DNA of 64,000 bases from Candidatus Nanoarchaeia archaeon. GTDB lineage: Archaea; Nanobdellota; Nanobdellia; SCGC-AAA011-G17; JAGVZF01. This document shows, in pieces, positions 1 through 9,590 of this stretch (positions are counted from its first letter, which is position 1; every line of letters begins with the position of its first letter). A program made the translations under genes and the position numbers. The stretch lies in contig DATDYQ010000104.1 in NCBI GenBank assembly GCA_035288965.1, positions 10,089 through 74,088 on the forward strand, read 5' to 3'. Below the pieces are notes generated by a model. The model was not told where the DNA came from and did no database searches. It saw nothing but the letters and a program-made list of their open reading frames with translations.

Positions 1-262
1 CATTTTTGGCTTAATGACCACATTTATTTCATTAAGTTATTTAATAGCATATTACAACATCTCAATCAATAAGATAAGATTTTTAATAATCCTGTTTGTT
101 TTTGACATATTAGAAATACTCCTAATATGGTTCTTCCATAATAGCTTAGCTACAGTTATATACATATTATTATTCATGATGATTACATTATTTATTATCT
201 TATTTACATTATTTTATATATCAAAAGAGCGATATCACAAAACTACTATAAAAAATTATTAA
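1..262 (+). CDS. C-terminal part of a multi-pass membrane protein, possibly an oligosaccharide flippase (partial)
   Basis: The frame is open from the window edge (att ttt ggc tta atg...). Three hydrophobic helices; the 'LIWFFHNSLATVIYILL' ending resembles Wzx-like C-termini. Confidence 0.5.
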   Translation, partial: IFGLMTTFISLSYLIAYYNISINKIRFLIILFVFDILEILLIWFFHNSLATVIYILLFMMITLFIILFTLFYISKERYHKTTIKNY

Positions 263-263
263 A

Positions 264-1004
264 TTATTTATATCCACCATTTCTTACAGCCTTTAAATGC
301 CAAGCCGTACTCATTCTCGGTCTTGTTGCCTGACTTCCTATACACACTGCCCAAGCTCCATATTTCATAGCCAAATAACATTGTTCAGGTTCTCTTATTC
401 TACCCTCTGCAATTATTGGAGTGTTATTAAATCTCCCGGTAAGTTTTTTTAAAAGATCAAAATCAGGTTCATATTCATACCATCTATGTACTTTAAGTTT
501 TTTTTCTGTATTTTGAGTGTATCCGGAAAGAGTTGTGCCAACAATATCAACATGCCCAATATTTATTGCTCGGTTAGCTTCTTCAAAAGTAGCTATGTCT
601 GCCATAAATATTTTATCTTGAAACAATTTTTTTGCAGTAAAATATAATTCTAAACTTAACATTCCATTTGGTCTTAATCTATCAGTCATATCTAATGACA
701 CAATATCTGCTCCTGCTTGAAAAATTCTTGAAATGTCGTCTATGCTCTCTGTAATCAATACCCTGTTATCAGCGTACTGTGATTTGGTAATACCAATAAT
801 TATACTTTCAGGATTTAGATATCTTGTTTGTGCAATGTTTTCAATGCCACAAATACGAACAGCACAAGCTCCTGCCTTTAAAACTTCTTTAGCCATTCTT
901 GATATATCTCTTGGTTCATAAAGTTGACTTCCCTTCTCTGGTTCTGCTTGACAAGATACGATTAATCCATCTTTAAGTTGCATTATCTTTTCTTCTTTGT
1001 TCAT
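264..1004 (-). CDS. nanE: N-acetylmannosamine-6-phosphate 2-epimerase
   Basis: GLIVSCQA, IIGITK (catalytic Lys), MADIAT, VGTTLSGYT, PDFDLL and IAEGRI are all hallmark NanE motifs. Confidence 0.9.
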   Translation of the reverse strand: MNKEEKIMQLKDGLIVSCQAEPEKGSQLYEPRDISRMAKEVLKAGACAVRICGIENIAQTRYLNPESIIIGITKSQYADNRVLITESIDDISRIFQAGADIVSLDMTDRLRPNGMLSLELYFTAKKLFQDKIFMADIATFEEANRAINIGHVDIVGTTLSGYTQNTEKKLKVHRWYEYEPDFDLLKKLTGRFNNTPIIAEGRIREPEQCYLAMKYGAWAVCIGSQATRPRMSTAWHLKAVRNGGYK

Positions 1005-2311
1005 CTTTTGTCTATTTCTAATTTATGTTTATCATATTGTGCAACTATTTTTCCATAAGAAAATAAATCCACTTTAGGATTGTTTCTTGGTAATAAAATA
1101 CTTCTTGTTTCAGTATAATCTGTTATAAGAGCTATAGAAATTGGGGCATTTGTCCATCCAGTATACATACTACTAATTCCTCCTTCTACTCTATCTTCTC
1201 CACCCCAAGTTTTTCTTTTAGCATCATAAGATCCAAGCCAAGCGCCATCTGTCTTTGCGAAATCAGATTTATTTTGTATTGAAGTTAAGAACTCTAATGA
1301 TTTTTTTACAGATTCTCTTGCTTTTTTATCATCTGTAAATTGTGTATATGATTGTAAACCTAAAGTAGCCCAATTCTGTCCATAAACTAAATCAGCTATA
1401 TGTTCACCACTACTTCCTTCCCACCATTCACCAGGCCAATGTCCATCTTCACTTTGTCTTGAAATTAAATATTTAGCTACAATATCTAGACCCCTTATTA
1501 CCTTATCATCTTTAGTTACATCGGCAACAGTAGATGCTTCCATCACAAAATATCCACAATTTGAAAGATCATAAGGTTGTTCTCTTTTTCCTTTATCAAA
1601 ATCATCTATAGCTTCCAAATCTTTCTGAAGAGAATTTAATGATTCATCTTTAAACCTTTCATCTTCAGTTAAGCCGTAAACATATGCCAATGCCATAGCT
1701 CTCATTCCCCCCCAATGCGGCATCCCATCCATTTTATTTCTTGCATATTTATCTAATATCTCTCTTTTATCAAGCAAAGATTGAGCTGCAAGAAGTGAAT
1801 AATCTCTTAATTCATCTGAATATCCATTTGCCCATAATGCTAAAGGTAAGATTACAGCCCAGCTATTATCATCAGGCCATTTTTTATCCCAAAAATATTT
1901 ATTATCTTTATAATGTCTTACTGTGGGATTTTTTTCTACGATCATCTTAACTGGAAAAGCATAATCAAAAGTTAATCCATGAGCAAAAAGTCCAAATTCT
2001 GAATGATCTAATCTGTTTTCTTGAAAAGGAGTTTCTTTTATAAATTTTAACAAGTTATCTGATACATATTTATATCCCCTAGAAGGAAATAAATTATCTG
2101 CTAATGCAAATAATGTTGCTGTTTGCAATACACAATCTACCCTTACATATTTAAATAATCCATCTTGTTGAAGTCTATTTCCATTTACAATAGGATGTTC
2201 TCTATCCAGTAGTCTCGCTCTTTCACAAACACCCTCTAAACCATCTTTAAGTAAAACGCCAGAGTTTCTAAACCATCTTAAATTTCTATCTATCACTGCT
2301 AAGTTATCCAT
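1001..2311 (-). CDS. (alpha/alpha)6-toroid protein of unknown function (glycoside hydrolase/AGE-epimerase-like fold)
   Basis: Helical repeats with 'YLISRQSEDGHW', 'WPDDNSW' and 'GAWLGSYD'. ATGA overlap with nanE. Start moved from 2332 to ATG 2311 because a GGAAAGCTTATATAT promoter sits at ~2335-2350. Confidence 0.6.
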   Translation of the reverse strand: MDNLAVIDRNLRWFRNSGVLLKDGLEGVCERARLLDREHPIVNGNRLQQDGLFKYVRVDCVLQTATLFALADNLFPSRGYKYVSDNLLKFIKETPFQENRLDHSEFGLFAHGLTFDYAFPVKMIVEKNPTVRHYKDNKYFWDKKWPDDNSWAVILPLALWANGYSDELRDYSLLAAQSLLDKREILDKYARNKMDGMPHWGGMRAMALAYVYGLTEDERFKDESLNSLQKDLEAIDDFDKGKREQPYDLSNCGYFVMEASTVADVTKDDKVIRGLDIVAKYLISRQSEDGHWPGEWWEGSSGEHIADLVYGQNWATLGLQSYTQFTDDKKARESVKKSLEFLTSIQNKSDFAKTDGAWLGSYDAKRKTWGGEDRVEGGISSMYTGWTNAPISIALITDYTETRSILLPRNNPKVDLFSYGKIVAQYDKHKLEIDKR

Positions 2312-2412
2312 ATAATTAATTATATCTCCCAAAAATATATAAGCTTTCCCATACCATTATTAATAATGAGTAAAACTTAAATATGTCCTCAACTAAACAA
2401 TTGTTAAGAAAA

Positions 2413-3726
2413 ATGAAGGTAAGTCTTGTTTTCCCTAGAATGAAATACCAAACTGGAGATCCTCCCCTAGGTATGGCTTTATTAGCAGGTAATTTAAGAA
2501 AAAATGGATTTGGAGTAGAAATAATAGATACAACTTTTCATCAATCTCTAGATTATGTTAAAGAAAGATTAACCTCGTTTAATCCAGACTGGGTTGCTAT
2601 TTATTCAGACACAATGATGTATAATGATTGTATTAAAATTTCTGAAATGGCAAAAGAAATGGGTAAAAAAGTTATTCTAGGTGGTCCACATCCTACTTTA
2701 AAACCAGAAACTCTAATTGATCATGGAGATTATCTAGTACAGGGAGAGGCAGAAGTTACAATAATAGATGTAATCAATGGAAAATTTAATGGTACAAAGA
2801 TAGTAAAGGGAGTTCCTGCAGATATAGAAACTTTGCCAATGGCAACATATGATTTACTAGAAATGAAGGAATATATTAAGAGATGGCATTTGCTAGATAG
2901 CATTAATCCTGATCTTCATGGCACTAGTATGTTTTCGGCTCGTGGTTGTTCTTTTAGATGCACATTTTGTCAACCAGTTTTAGATAAACTCTTTGGTAGA
3001 TTATTCAGAACAAGAAGTGTTGATAGTATAATTCAAGAACTAAAATATCTAAAAGAAAATGTTGGTATCAAAGCATTTTTCTTCCAAGATGATACATTTA
3101 CATTAAAAAAGATATGGATACGTGAATTTTGTAAAAGAATGATAGATGAAAAACTCGACTTATTGTGGGGTTGTAATTCCCGTATTGATTTAATTGATAA
3201 GGAAATAATGCAAACAATGTACAATGCTGGTCTAAGAGTCATGCACATGGGTCTTGAATCTGGAAGTCAAAGAGTTTTAGATGAAATATATCATAAAGAT
3301 ATCAAATTAGAAGGAATTCCTGAAAAAATAGCTTTGGCAGAAAAAATTGGCATTCATTGTTTATGCTTCTTTATGCTAGGTGCTCCAGGTGAAACAAGAG
3401 AAGAAATCGAAAAAACAATAAAATTTGCTGCCTCTCTTGATGCTACAGAAATAACCGCCACAATTGCAACTCCATTGCCTGGAACTTATCTATATGATGC
3501 AATAAAAGACAAATATAAAATTACTACAGATTTCGATAATTTTGATTATTATAAAAACAGCGCTTTCGAAAATCCTGATGTAAATTTCAAAGAGCTTAAA
3601 TGGTTACAGAAAAAATTATTATTTAAATTTTATACAAATCCAAAAAGGTGGGGTTATATTGGTAAGCATCTCACCCATCCAAGTGGATATGGAAAAATGG
3701 TAAAGAAAATTGCTAGATTCCTATAA
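2413..3726 (+). CDS. Cobalamin-binding radical SAM protein (class B methyltransferase-like)
   Basis: N-terminal PPLG...GGPHPT...GEAE B12-binding domain; RGCSFRCTFC; FQDDTF; GLESGSQ. Likely start is ATG 2413 (ORF track starts at 2383). Confidence 0.9.
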   Translation: MKVSLVFPRMKYQTGDPPLGMALLAGNLRKNGFGVEIIDTTFHQSLDYVKERLTSFNPDWVAIYSDTMMYNDCIKISEMAKEMGKKVILGGPHPTLKPETLIDHGDYLVQGEAEVTIIDVINGKFNGTKIVKGVPADIETLPMATYDLLEMKEYIKRWHLLDSINPDLHGTSMFSARGCSFRCTFCQPVLDKLFGRLFRTRSVDSIIQELKYLKENVGIKAFFFQDDTFTLKKIWIREFCKRMIDEKLDLLWGCNSRIDLIDKEIMQTMYNAGLRVMHMGLESGSQRVLDEIYHKDIKLEGIPEKIALAEKIGIHCLCFFMLGAPGETREEIEKTIKFAASLDATEITATIATPLPGTYLYDAIKDKYKITTDFDNFDYYKNSAFENPDVNFKELKWLQKKLLFKFYTNPKRWGYIGKHLTHPSGYGKMVKKIARFL

Positions 3727-5169
3727 TTATCTAATAAACAACCAACTATTGCTTAGCACCCAAGGTACTGTAAATATTATATTTGATATTATCATTATCA
3801 AAAATACTTGCCTCGCTACATCTTTATTTACATAATTTAATAATACATAAGCACTTAAAATTCCATAGATAAATGCAGCCGGAGAAAATAAATCCCAGCC
3901 TAATTTTTCTTGATATTCTATATTCAATGTTATTGTAAATAAGAAAAAGAAGCTTAACATTATCAATAAAAACATAACCACATTATCTTTAAAATTGATT
4001 TTTTTCCTATGTGTTAGAAACAATAAAACAAACAGCAATAAACCCACCCCTGCAGCTAATATATTCTCATTAAAGGAATAAGTAAAATGTTCAAAAGATA
4101 TCATCATATACTTTTCCCATGGAGATTTATATTCAAATAAAGGTAAAAACATAATTCCATCTCCCCCACCAAATGTATTTCCCACTTTTACCTTTTCTAT
4201 ATCAGTAACATGAATCCCGAAACTTGTATATAGATTAAATTCTATATAAACAAAAAATAATATTGTTAAAATAACAAAAGGAGCTATAAATCTGATAAAT
4301 TTTATGTTAAATACTCCTTTAAAAAAATTATTAATATTTAATTTCTTAATTCCAGAATCTACGAAATAAAGGTATAACAACGATGGTAATATCCAAAATG
4401 CAGCCAAATGACTCCAGAAAGATAGCCACATTGCTATTGTAGGATATATTAATTTAGTATTTTTCTTAAGATAATAGATAGAAACTAAGATGTATAAAAA
4501 CATTGTAAATGCTAATCTAGAAGTTCCCTCCCACCATCCAAAGAAAAACTCTATTGTTCCCATACTTCCTATAAACATAAACACAAAAAATCTTTCTATT
4601 TTGTCTTTCCCTAAAAGATTAGATAATAAGAATAATAGAATAATAAAGAAAAACCCTATAATATTCACAAAGAAACTAGTTGATTTAACAGGTTCCCACC
4701 CAGCTATAGGACTTGTTACTTTGTAAAATAAATAATCGCTATAAGAACTTATTGGTGAACTCATAAAAAACCTAGATGCTGGAATCGTAAATGCCTCTTT
4801 AGGTAAAATGCCGGCATCCCCCAAACCATAATTAACGATTTGAAATAAAAAAAATATTATAAAAAACGTAAAAGCAACTAAAATGTATCCCTTAATGTTT
4901 CTTTTTGCAAATAAACTATCTATAATTCTACTGTTTTCCAATCCATTTAATATCTTCTTCTGAATCTTTGGGATTGCAATAATGATTAATATAATCAATC
5001 CAATTAATGTCCATAAAAATTCAATCCAAGCCGGAATTGTTAAATTCAAAAAACCCCAAATTAAATAATTAAATTTACTAACCCCAAATATATTTAATAA
5101 AGTTCCAATTAACTTAATCAAAACAATTATAATTGCTACGGTTAGTACACTATTTTTTAATTTACTCAT
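3727..5169 (-). CDS. Polytopic membrane protein, GT-C-like glycosyltransferase
   Basis: More than 10 hydrophobic segments, 'GLGDAG' after an early TM, 'SHLAAF' and 'WDLFS'. Lies downstream of a polyprenol-P GT2. Start is ATG 5169 (MSKLKN). Confidence 0.55.
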   Translation of the reverse strand: MSKLKNSVLTVAIIIVLIKLIGTLLNIFGVSKFNYLIWGFLNLTIPAWIEFLWTLIGLIILIIIAIPKIQKKILNGLENSRIIDSLFAKRNIKGYILVAFTFFIIFFLFQIVNYGLGDAGILPKEAFTIPASRFFMSSPISSYSDYLFYKVTSPIAGWEPVKSTSFFVNIIGFFFIILLFLLSNLLGKDKIERFFVFMFIGSMGTIEFFFGWWEGTSRLAFTMFLYILVSIYYLKKNTKLIYPTIAMWLSFWSHLAAFWILPSLLYLYFVDSGIKKLNINNFFKGVFNIKFIRFIAPFVILTILFFVYIEFNLYTSFGIHVTDIEKVKVGNTFGGGDGIMFLPLFEYKSPWEKYMMISFEHFTYSFNENILAAGVGLLLFVLLFLTHRKKINFKDNVVMFLLIMLSFFFLFTITLNIEYQEKLGWDLFSPAAFIYGILSAYVLLNYVNKDVARQVFLIMIISNIIFTVPWVLSNSWLFIR

Positions 5170-5287
5170 GTTCCTTTCCACTTAAAAAGAAAATATAAAA
5201 TAATATCAAGCATATTACTAATACAAACAATCCACTCTCATAATTCAAATTCCAATATTTTATTATATAGTTTGTTAGACTACTCAT
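5162..5287 (-). CDS. Small single-TM protein (41 aa), absent from the ORF track
   Basis: MSSLTNYIIKYWNLNYESGLFVLVICLILFYIFFLSGKEHE*. Its ATG overlaps the upstream stop (ATGAGTAG) and its stop overlaps the downstream ATG (ATGAGTAA). Confidence 0.65.
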   Translation of the reverse strand: MSSLTNYIIKYWNLNYESGLFVLVICLILFYIFFLSGKEHE

Positions 5288-6539
5288 CTTTTATCTTAGT
5301 TGTTTTTATTATTATATCAACAAGCCAGTGTATTTTTACACTTTCTATCTTAAATCCGTGTCTCTCTATATCTTCTAAAAATTTTTTCTTTGAGAATTTC
5401 TCATCATGTGTATCTTTCCACATATCACCTACACTTCTGGTCCATAACCACCAAAACATATTAAATAAGGTATTTTCATTTGGGACAGATATAACCAATG
5501 TTCCATCTTTTCTTAATACCCTATTGATATTGTTTAAAGCTAAATCTCTATCTTCTACATGCTCTAAAACTTCCATTGCTGTTATTGCATCAAAGCTATT
5601 TGGTTTAAATGGTATATCTGTTATACTTCCTCGTTTAAAATTAAATCCTTTGCAATCCTTAACATCCATTCCAATTCCATGACCTAAAAATCTAATAAAA
5701 CTCCCATCTTTCATTGAATTACAAGGCTTTCCGCATCCTATATCCAATAAATCCTTTTTATCAGGTAATAATCTTCTAACTTTTCTATATCTTGCATAAT
5801 GATAGCTTTCTCTTAATCTATTAAACATCGGATTAAATAATTTTTTTCTTATTTTATATAAATACAGATCTCCAAGTTGCGTTACATATTCCATATTTTG
5901 CTTCATTCCAAGTTTACTTTTTCCATCAGTCCTATTCTTAAACATATAGGGAATTTCGATTGCTTTGTTATAATTTCCTTTGGCCAATATTTCCAAGCCA
6001 ATCTTATAGCCTCTAGGAACCAATCTTGTTTCTTCTATAACCTCTCTTTTAAAGAAAAAAAATCCAGACATAGGATCTTTAATGTTTGTAACAGGTTTAG
6101 CTAAAATTGTGGCAATCCTTGATGTTAATCTTCTTTGTTCAGGCCAATTAGTTACTCCTCCTCCTTCTATTAGTCTACTTCCTATTGTAATCTCCGCCTC
6201 ATCATTTAATATCGGTTTAACCATATCAAAAATCTTTTCAGCAGGATGACTTAGATCAGCATCCATAAAACCTATAATCTCTCCCTTAGAAATATCAATC
6301 CCATCCAAAACAGCAGATGCTAATCCTTTCTTATCTTTTCTGCATATTGCATTAATGTTATATTTCTTATCTTTCTTTATTTTATTTACAATATCAAATG
6401 TTCCATCTCTGCTATTATCATCAATTATAACAACCTCAAGTTTAAGCTTGTTTTTTTTAGAAACTAAAAATATATCATCTAATAATCTTCCAATATTATC
6501 ACTCTCATTTAAGGTAGGTATAATCAAAGATATATTCAT
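5280..6539 (-). CDS. Polyprenol monophosphomannose synthase-like GT2 fused to a class I SAM methyltransferase
   Basis: DPM1-like motifs IIPTLNE, DDNSRDGT, MDADLSHP, DPMSGFF, GYKIGLE. C-terminal LLDIGCG...FDAITAMEVLEH. Confidence 0.88.
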   Translation of the reverse strand: MNISLIIPTLNESDNIGRLLDDIFLVSKKNKLKLEVVIIDDNSRDGTFDIVNKIKKDKKYNINAICRKDKKGLASAVLDGIDISKGEIIGFMDADLSHPAEKIFDMVKPILNDEAEITIGSRLIEGGGVTNWPEQRRLTSRIATILAKPVTNIKDPMSGFFFFKREVIEETRLVPRGYKIGLEILAKGNYNKAIEIPYMFKNRTDGKSKLGMKQNMEYVTQLGDLYLYKIRKKLFNPMFNRLRESYHYARYRKVRRLLPDKKDLLDIGCGKPCNSMKDGSFIRFLGHGIGMDVKDCKGFNFKRGSITDIPFKPNSFDAITAMEVLEHVEDRDLALNNINRVLRKDGTLVISVPNENTLFNMFWWLWTRSVGDMWKDTHDEKFSKKKFLEDIERHGFKIESVKIHWLVDIIIKTTKIKDE

Positions 6540-6634
6540 TTTATCCCCTTACTTTAATTAAATTTAAAAAGCTTTCTGTAATATTATAATATAACTGTTG
6601 CATATTATATATCTATAAAAACAAGAATTGGGTT

Positions 6635-7177
6635 ATGCATAAAATGCGTTTAAAATGCTTAAATTTGGGTAGTGGGAAGAGTTATAAGAAAAGTAACGAA
6701 AAAGAAGAATGGGTAAACATTGATATTAATCCTGATTGGCATCCAGATATTTTACATGATTTAAGCAAATTTCCCTATCCATTTAAAGATAACACTTTTA
6801 ATTTGGTATTCGCAGATAATATCTTAGAACATTTTGACGGCTTACAACTAAAAAAAGTGCTTATTGAAATAGGAAGAATATTAAAAGAAGACGGAAAATT
6901 AAAAGCTATTGTCCCGCATTTTTCTAATGCTTCAGCTTACCAAATAAATCATAAAATGTTTTTCCAATCAAATTTTTTTCATGAAAGGAATATTTCAAAT
7001 GTTAAAGTATTAAGTGTTAGGTTAATGCTAACTCAAAATAAATTTCTTAGTTTTCTAAATTATATCGCAAATGTTAACCCATTTGTCTGGGAAAGATTTT
7101 TCTGCTATTATTATCCAATCCAAATGATTCATTTTGAATTAAAGATTATTAAAGATAAAGATAACAAGATAAGATAA
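6635..7177 (+). CDS. SAM-dependent methyltransferase (type 11)
   Basis: LNLGSG, NIDI, DLSKFPYPFKDNTF, ILEH, RILK. Confidence 0.8.
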   Translation: MHKMRLKCLNLGSGKSYKKSNEKEEWVNIDINPDWHPDILHDLSKFPYPFKDNTFNLVFADNILEHFDGLQLKKVLIEIGRILKEDGKLKAIVPHFSNASAYQINHKMFFQSNFFHERNISNVKVLSVRLMLTQNKFLSFLNYIANVNPFVWERFFCYYYPIQMIHFELKIIKDKDNKIR

Positions 7178-7252
7178 CGCTAAAATATATATTTCACAAT
7201 AATAAATTTCTCATCAAATGATTTATAATACTTTTTATCATCTATTTTATCA

Positions 7253-8017
7253 ATGGAAACCTTATCTCTAATCATTCCTGCATATAATGAAGAACATAGA
7301 ATAGGAAAAACACTAGATTATTATTCATCTTATCTTTCTTCAAGGTTAAAAGATTTTGAAATTATCATAGTTTTAAATGGTTGCAAAGATAATACCTTAA
7401 GTGTTGTTTTAAATTATCAAAAAAAATATCCTAAAATAATTAAATATCTTAATTTTACTGATCCTATAGGAAAAGGCCCTGCAGTTATTGAAGGTTTTAA
7501 AGCAGCGAATAAGGAATTTATTGGTTTTGTTGATGCGGATATGTCAACACCGCCAGAAGCCTTCTATGATCTTGTTTTAAAGATGAATGGTTATGATGGT
7601 ATATTGGCCTCAAGATGGGTTAAAGGAGCTACAATCCCAATAAAGCAAAAAATTTCGCGTAGAATAGCTTCAAGGTCTTTTAACATTTTGGTAAGAATAT
7701 TATTTAACTTAAATGTAAATGATACTCAATGTGGTTGTAAGTTATTCAAAAAAGATGCAATCAAATCTATTGTTAATAATATCGGCAAAACAAAATGGGC
7801 TTTTGATATAGATGTTTTATATAAATTAAATAAAAAAGGTTATAAAGTGACCGAAATTCCAACATATTGGAGTGATGCAAAAGACTCTCATTTAAATGTC
7901 GCAAAAACAAGTATAGAGATGTTTTTGTCAATAATAAGACTAAGGTTAATTTACTCAAATCTTGAAGTAATAGTTAAATCATACAATAAAATCCATGATT
8001 TAATTTTAAAAAAATGA
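7253..8017 (+). CDS. Dolichyl-phosphate beta-glucosyltransferase-like GT2
   Basis: IIPAYNEE, GKG, FVDADMS, DTQCGCKLF, WAFDIDVL. Confidence 0.88.
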   Translation: METLSLIIPAYNEEHRIGKTLDYYSSYLSSRLKDFEIIIVLNGCKDNTLSVVLNYQKKYPKIIKYLNFTDPIGKGPAVIEGFKAANKEFIGFVDADMSTPPEAFYDLVLKMNGYDGILASRWVKGATIPIKQKISRRIASRSFNILVRILFNLNVNDTQCGCKLFKKDAIKSIVNNIGKTKWAFDIDVLYKLNKKGYKVTEIPTYWSDAKDSHLNVAKTSIEMFLSIIRLRLIYSNLEVIVKSYNKIHDLILKK

Positions 8018-9060
8018 AAATATTAACAATATTATTGCCTGGAATAGGAAATACCTTATTATTTACCCCAACATTAAGATCATTAAAGAAACATTTTCCC
8101 AATTCGGAAATCACAGCTTTGGTAATGTATAAAGGCTCACAAGAGATATTGGAAGGAAATCCATATGTTGATAAAATAATATTTTATCCATTCATGAAAA
8201 GGGGGCACATTAAATCACTATTTTTTGTGCTAAAACAAAGATTTCAAAACTATGATATATCCATTTTAGCTTATCCTGCCAATAGATTTCAATATTCTCT
8301 TATTGGATTTTTAATAGGGGCAAAAACTAAGATAACTCATTTATATGATCATAATAAATTATTCTCTGCAAGTTTCTTTTATTCTAAAAAACTTCCCTTG
8401 GATAAAAATTTACATGAAGTAGAAGAAAATTTAAACTTGTTAAAACTATTAAATATAAATGCTCTAGAAGAAGATAAGTCAATTTTTCTAAAGTTAGATA
8501 AAGAACATGAAAATTTTACATCAGATTTTATAAAAACGAATAAACTAAAGGGGAAAAAATTAGTTGGTATTCATGCTGGCTCTTCTGTTTTATCTGGAAT
8601 GATAAACAAAAGATGGCCAAAGGAAAGATTTATTTCGTTAATAGACAAACTATCAAATAAAAATACCATCTGCTTATTATTTGGTGGAAATGACGAAGCT
8701 GATTTAAAAGAATGGATATATAAAAACACAAAAAATAAACCTATATTGGTTAATACTCCTTCAGTAAAACATTCTGCATCTTTAATTAAGAAATGTAACC
8801 TGTTTATTTCAAATGATACTGCATTAATGCACATAGCAGGAGCATTAAATACCCCAACAATAATTCTTGTTGGCCCTGTTGCGAGGAAGACATTACCTCA
8901 GGGAGATATTCACACCGCAATATTTAAAAATCTACCCTGTCAGCCTTGTTACAGAATCGGGGACACAATGAAATGTGTCTTAAATATAAATTATAAATGT
9001 CTTAAAGATATAACAGTAGATGAGGTTTACAATATAGCATGGAAGAAATTAAGGGTATAA
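8014..9060 (+). CDS. GT9 glycosyltransferase (heptosyltransferase family)
   Basis: GIGNTLL, HEVE, KRWP, SNDTALMHIA, CQPC. Confidence 0.88.
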   Translation: MKILTILLPGIGNTLLFTPTLRSLKKHFPNSEITALVMYKGSQEILEGNPYVDKIIFYPFMKRGHIKSLFFVLKQRFQNYDISILAYPANRFQYSLIGFLIGAKTKITHLYDHNKLFSASFFYSKKLPLDKNLHEVEENLNLLKLLNINALEEDKSIFLKLDKEHENFTSDFIKTNKLKGKKLVGIHAGSSVLSGMINKRWPKERFISLIDKLSNKNTICLLFGGNDEADLKEWIYKNTKNKPILVNTPSVKHSASLIKKCNLFISNDTALMHIAGALNTPTIILVGPVARKTLPQGDIHTAIFKNLPCQPCYRIGDTMKCVLNINYKCLKDITVDEVYNIAWKKLRV

Positions 9061-9590
9061 CAACAATAGAAAAAGATTCTTTTTGTGTTCAACAGCAAAA
9101 TAGAATTATTAGGGACACAATAGAATTAATTAATAAAAAAGAGCTTAACATATTACAATTAGGTTGCAATTTTATTGAAAATTCATTATTACTAACAAAA
9201 AACGAAAAATATAAGATAATCTTAATCGATGATAAAAATGAAACAATTAATTCCGATAAATTAAACATTTCAAAATCATCATTAACAAAAACGAACTTTG
9301 AGGATAACACTTTTGATCTAACATTTAACATAGATATAATAAATAAAACCCAAGATCCATTAAATATAATTAAAGAAATGGTAAGGATAACAAGAAAATA
9401 TGGTATGATCTTATTAATATTTCCAGGTGATTTTGATATAAAAAAGGTAATAAAAGATATAAACATTAATTTAATAGATGTAAAAATTCCAAATTTAGAT
9501 GCAAAGCTAGCTGAATATGGGAACTTCAAAACTTCAAAAAATCCCTTAAGTAAAAGTGGGAAAAATTATTTAATAATGTTCAAGGTTTAG
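9039..9590 (+). CDS. Methyltransferase-fold protein with degenerate motif I
   Basis: ILQLGCN, FEDNTFDLTF, EMVRITRKYG. Confidence 0.55.
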   Translation: MEEIKGITTIEKDSFCVQQQNRIIRDTIELINKKELNILQLGCNFIENSLLLTKNEKYKIILIDDKNETINSDKLNISKSSLTKTNFEDNTFDLTFNIDIINKTQDPLNIIKEMVRITRKYGMILLIFPGDFDIKKVIKDININLIDVKIPNLDAKLAEYGNFKTSKNPLSKSGKNYLIMFKV

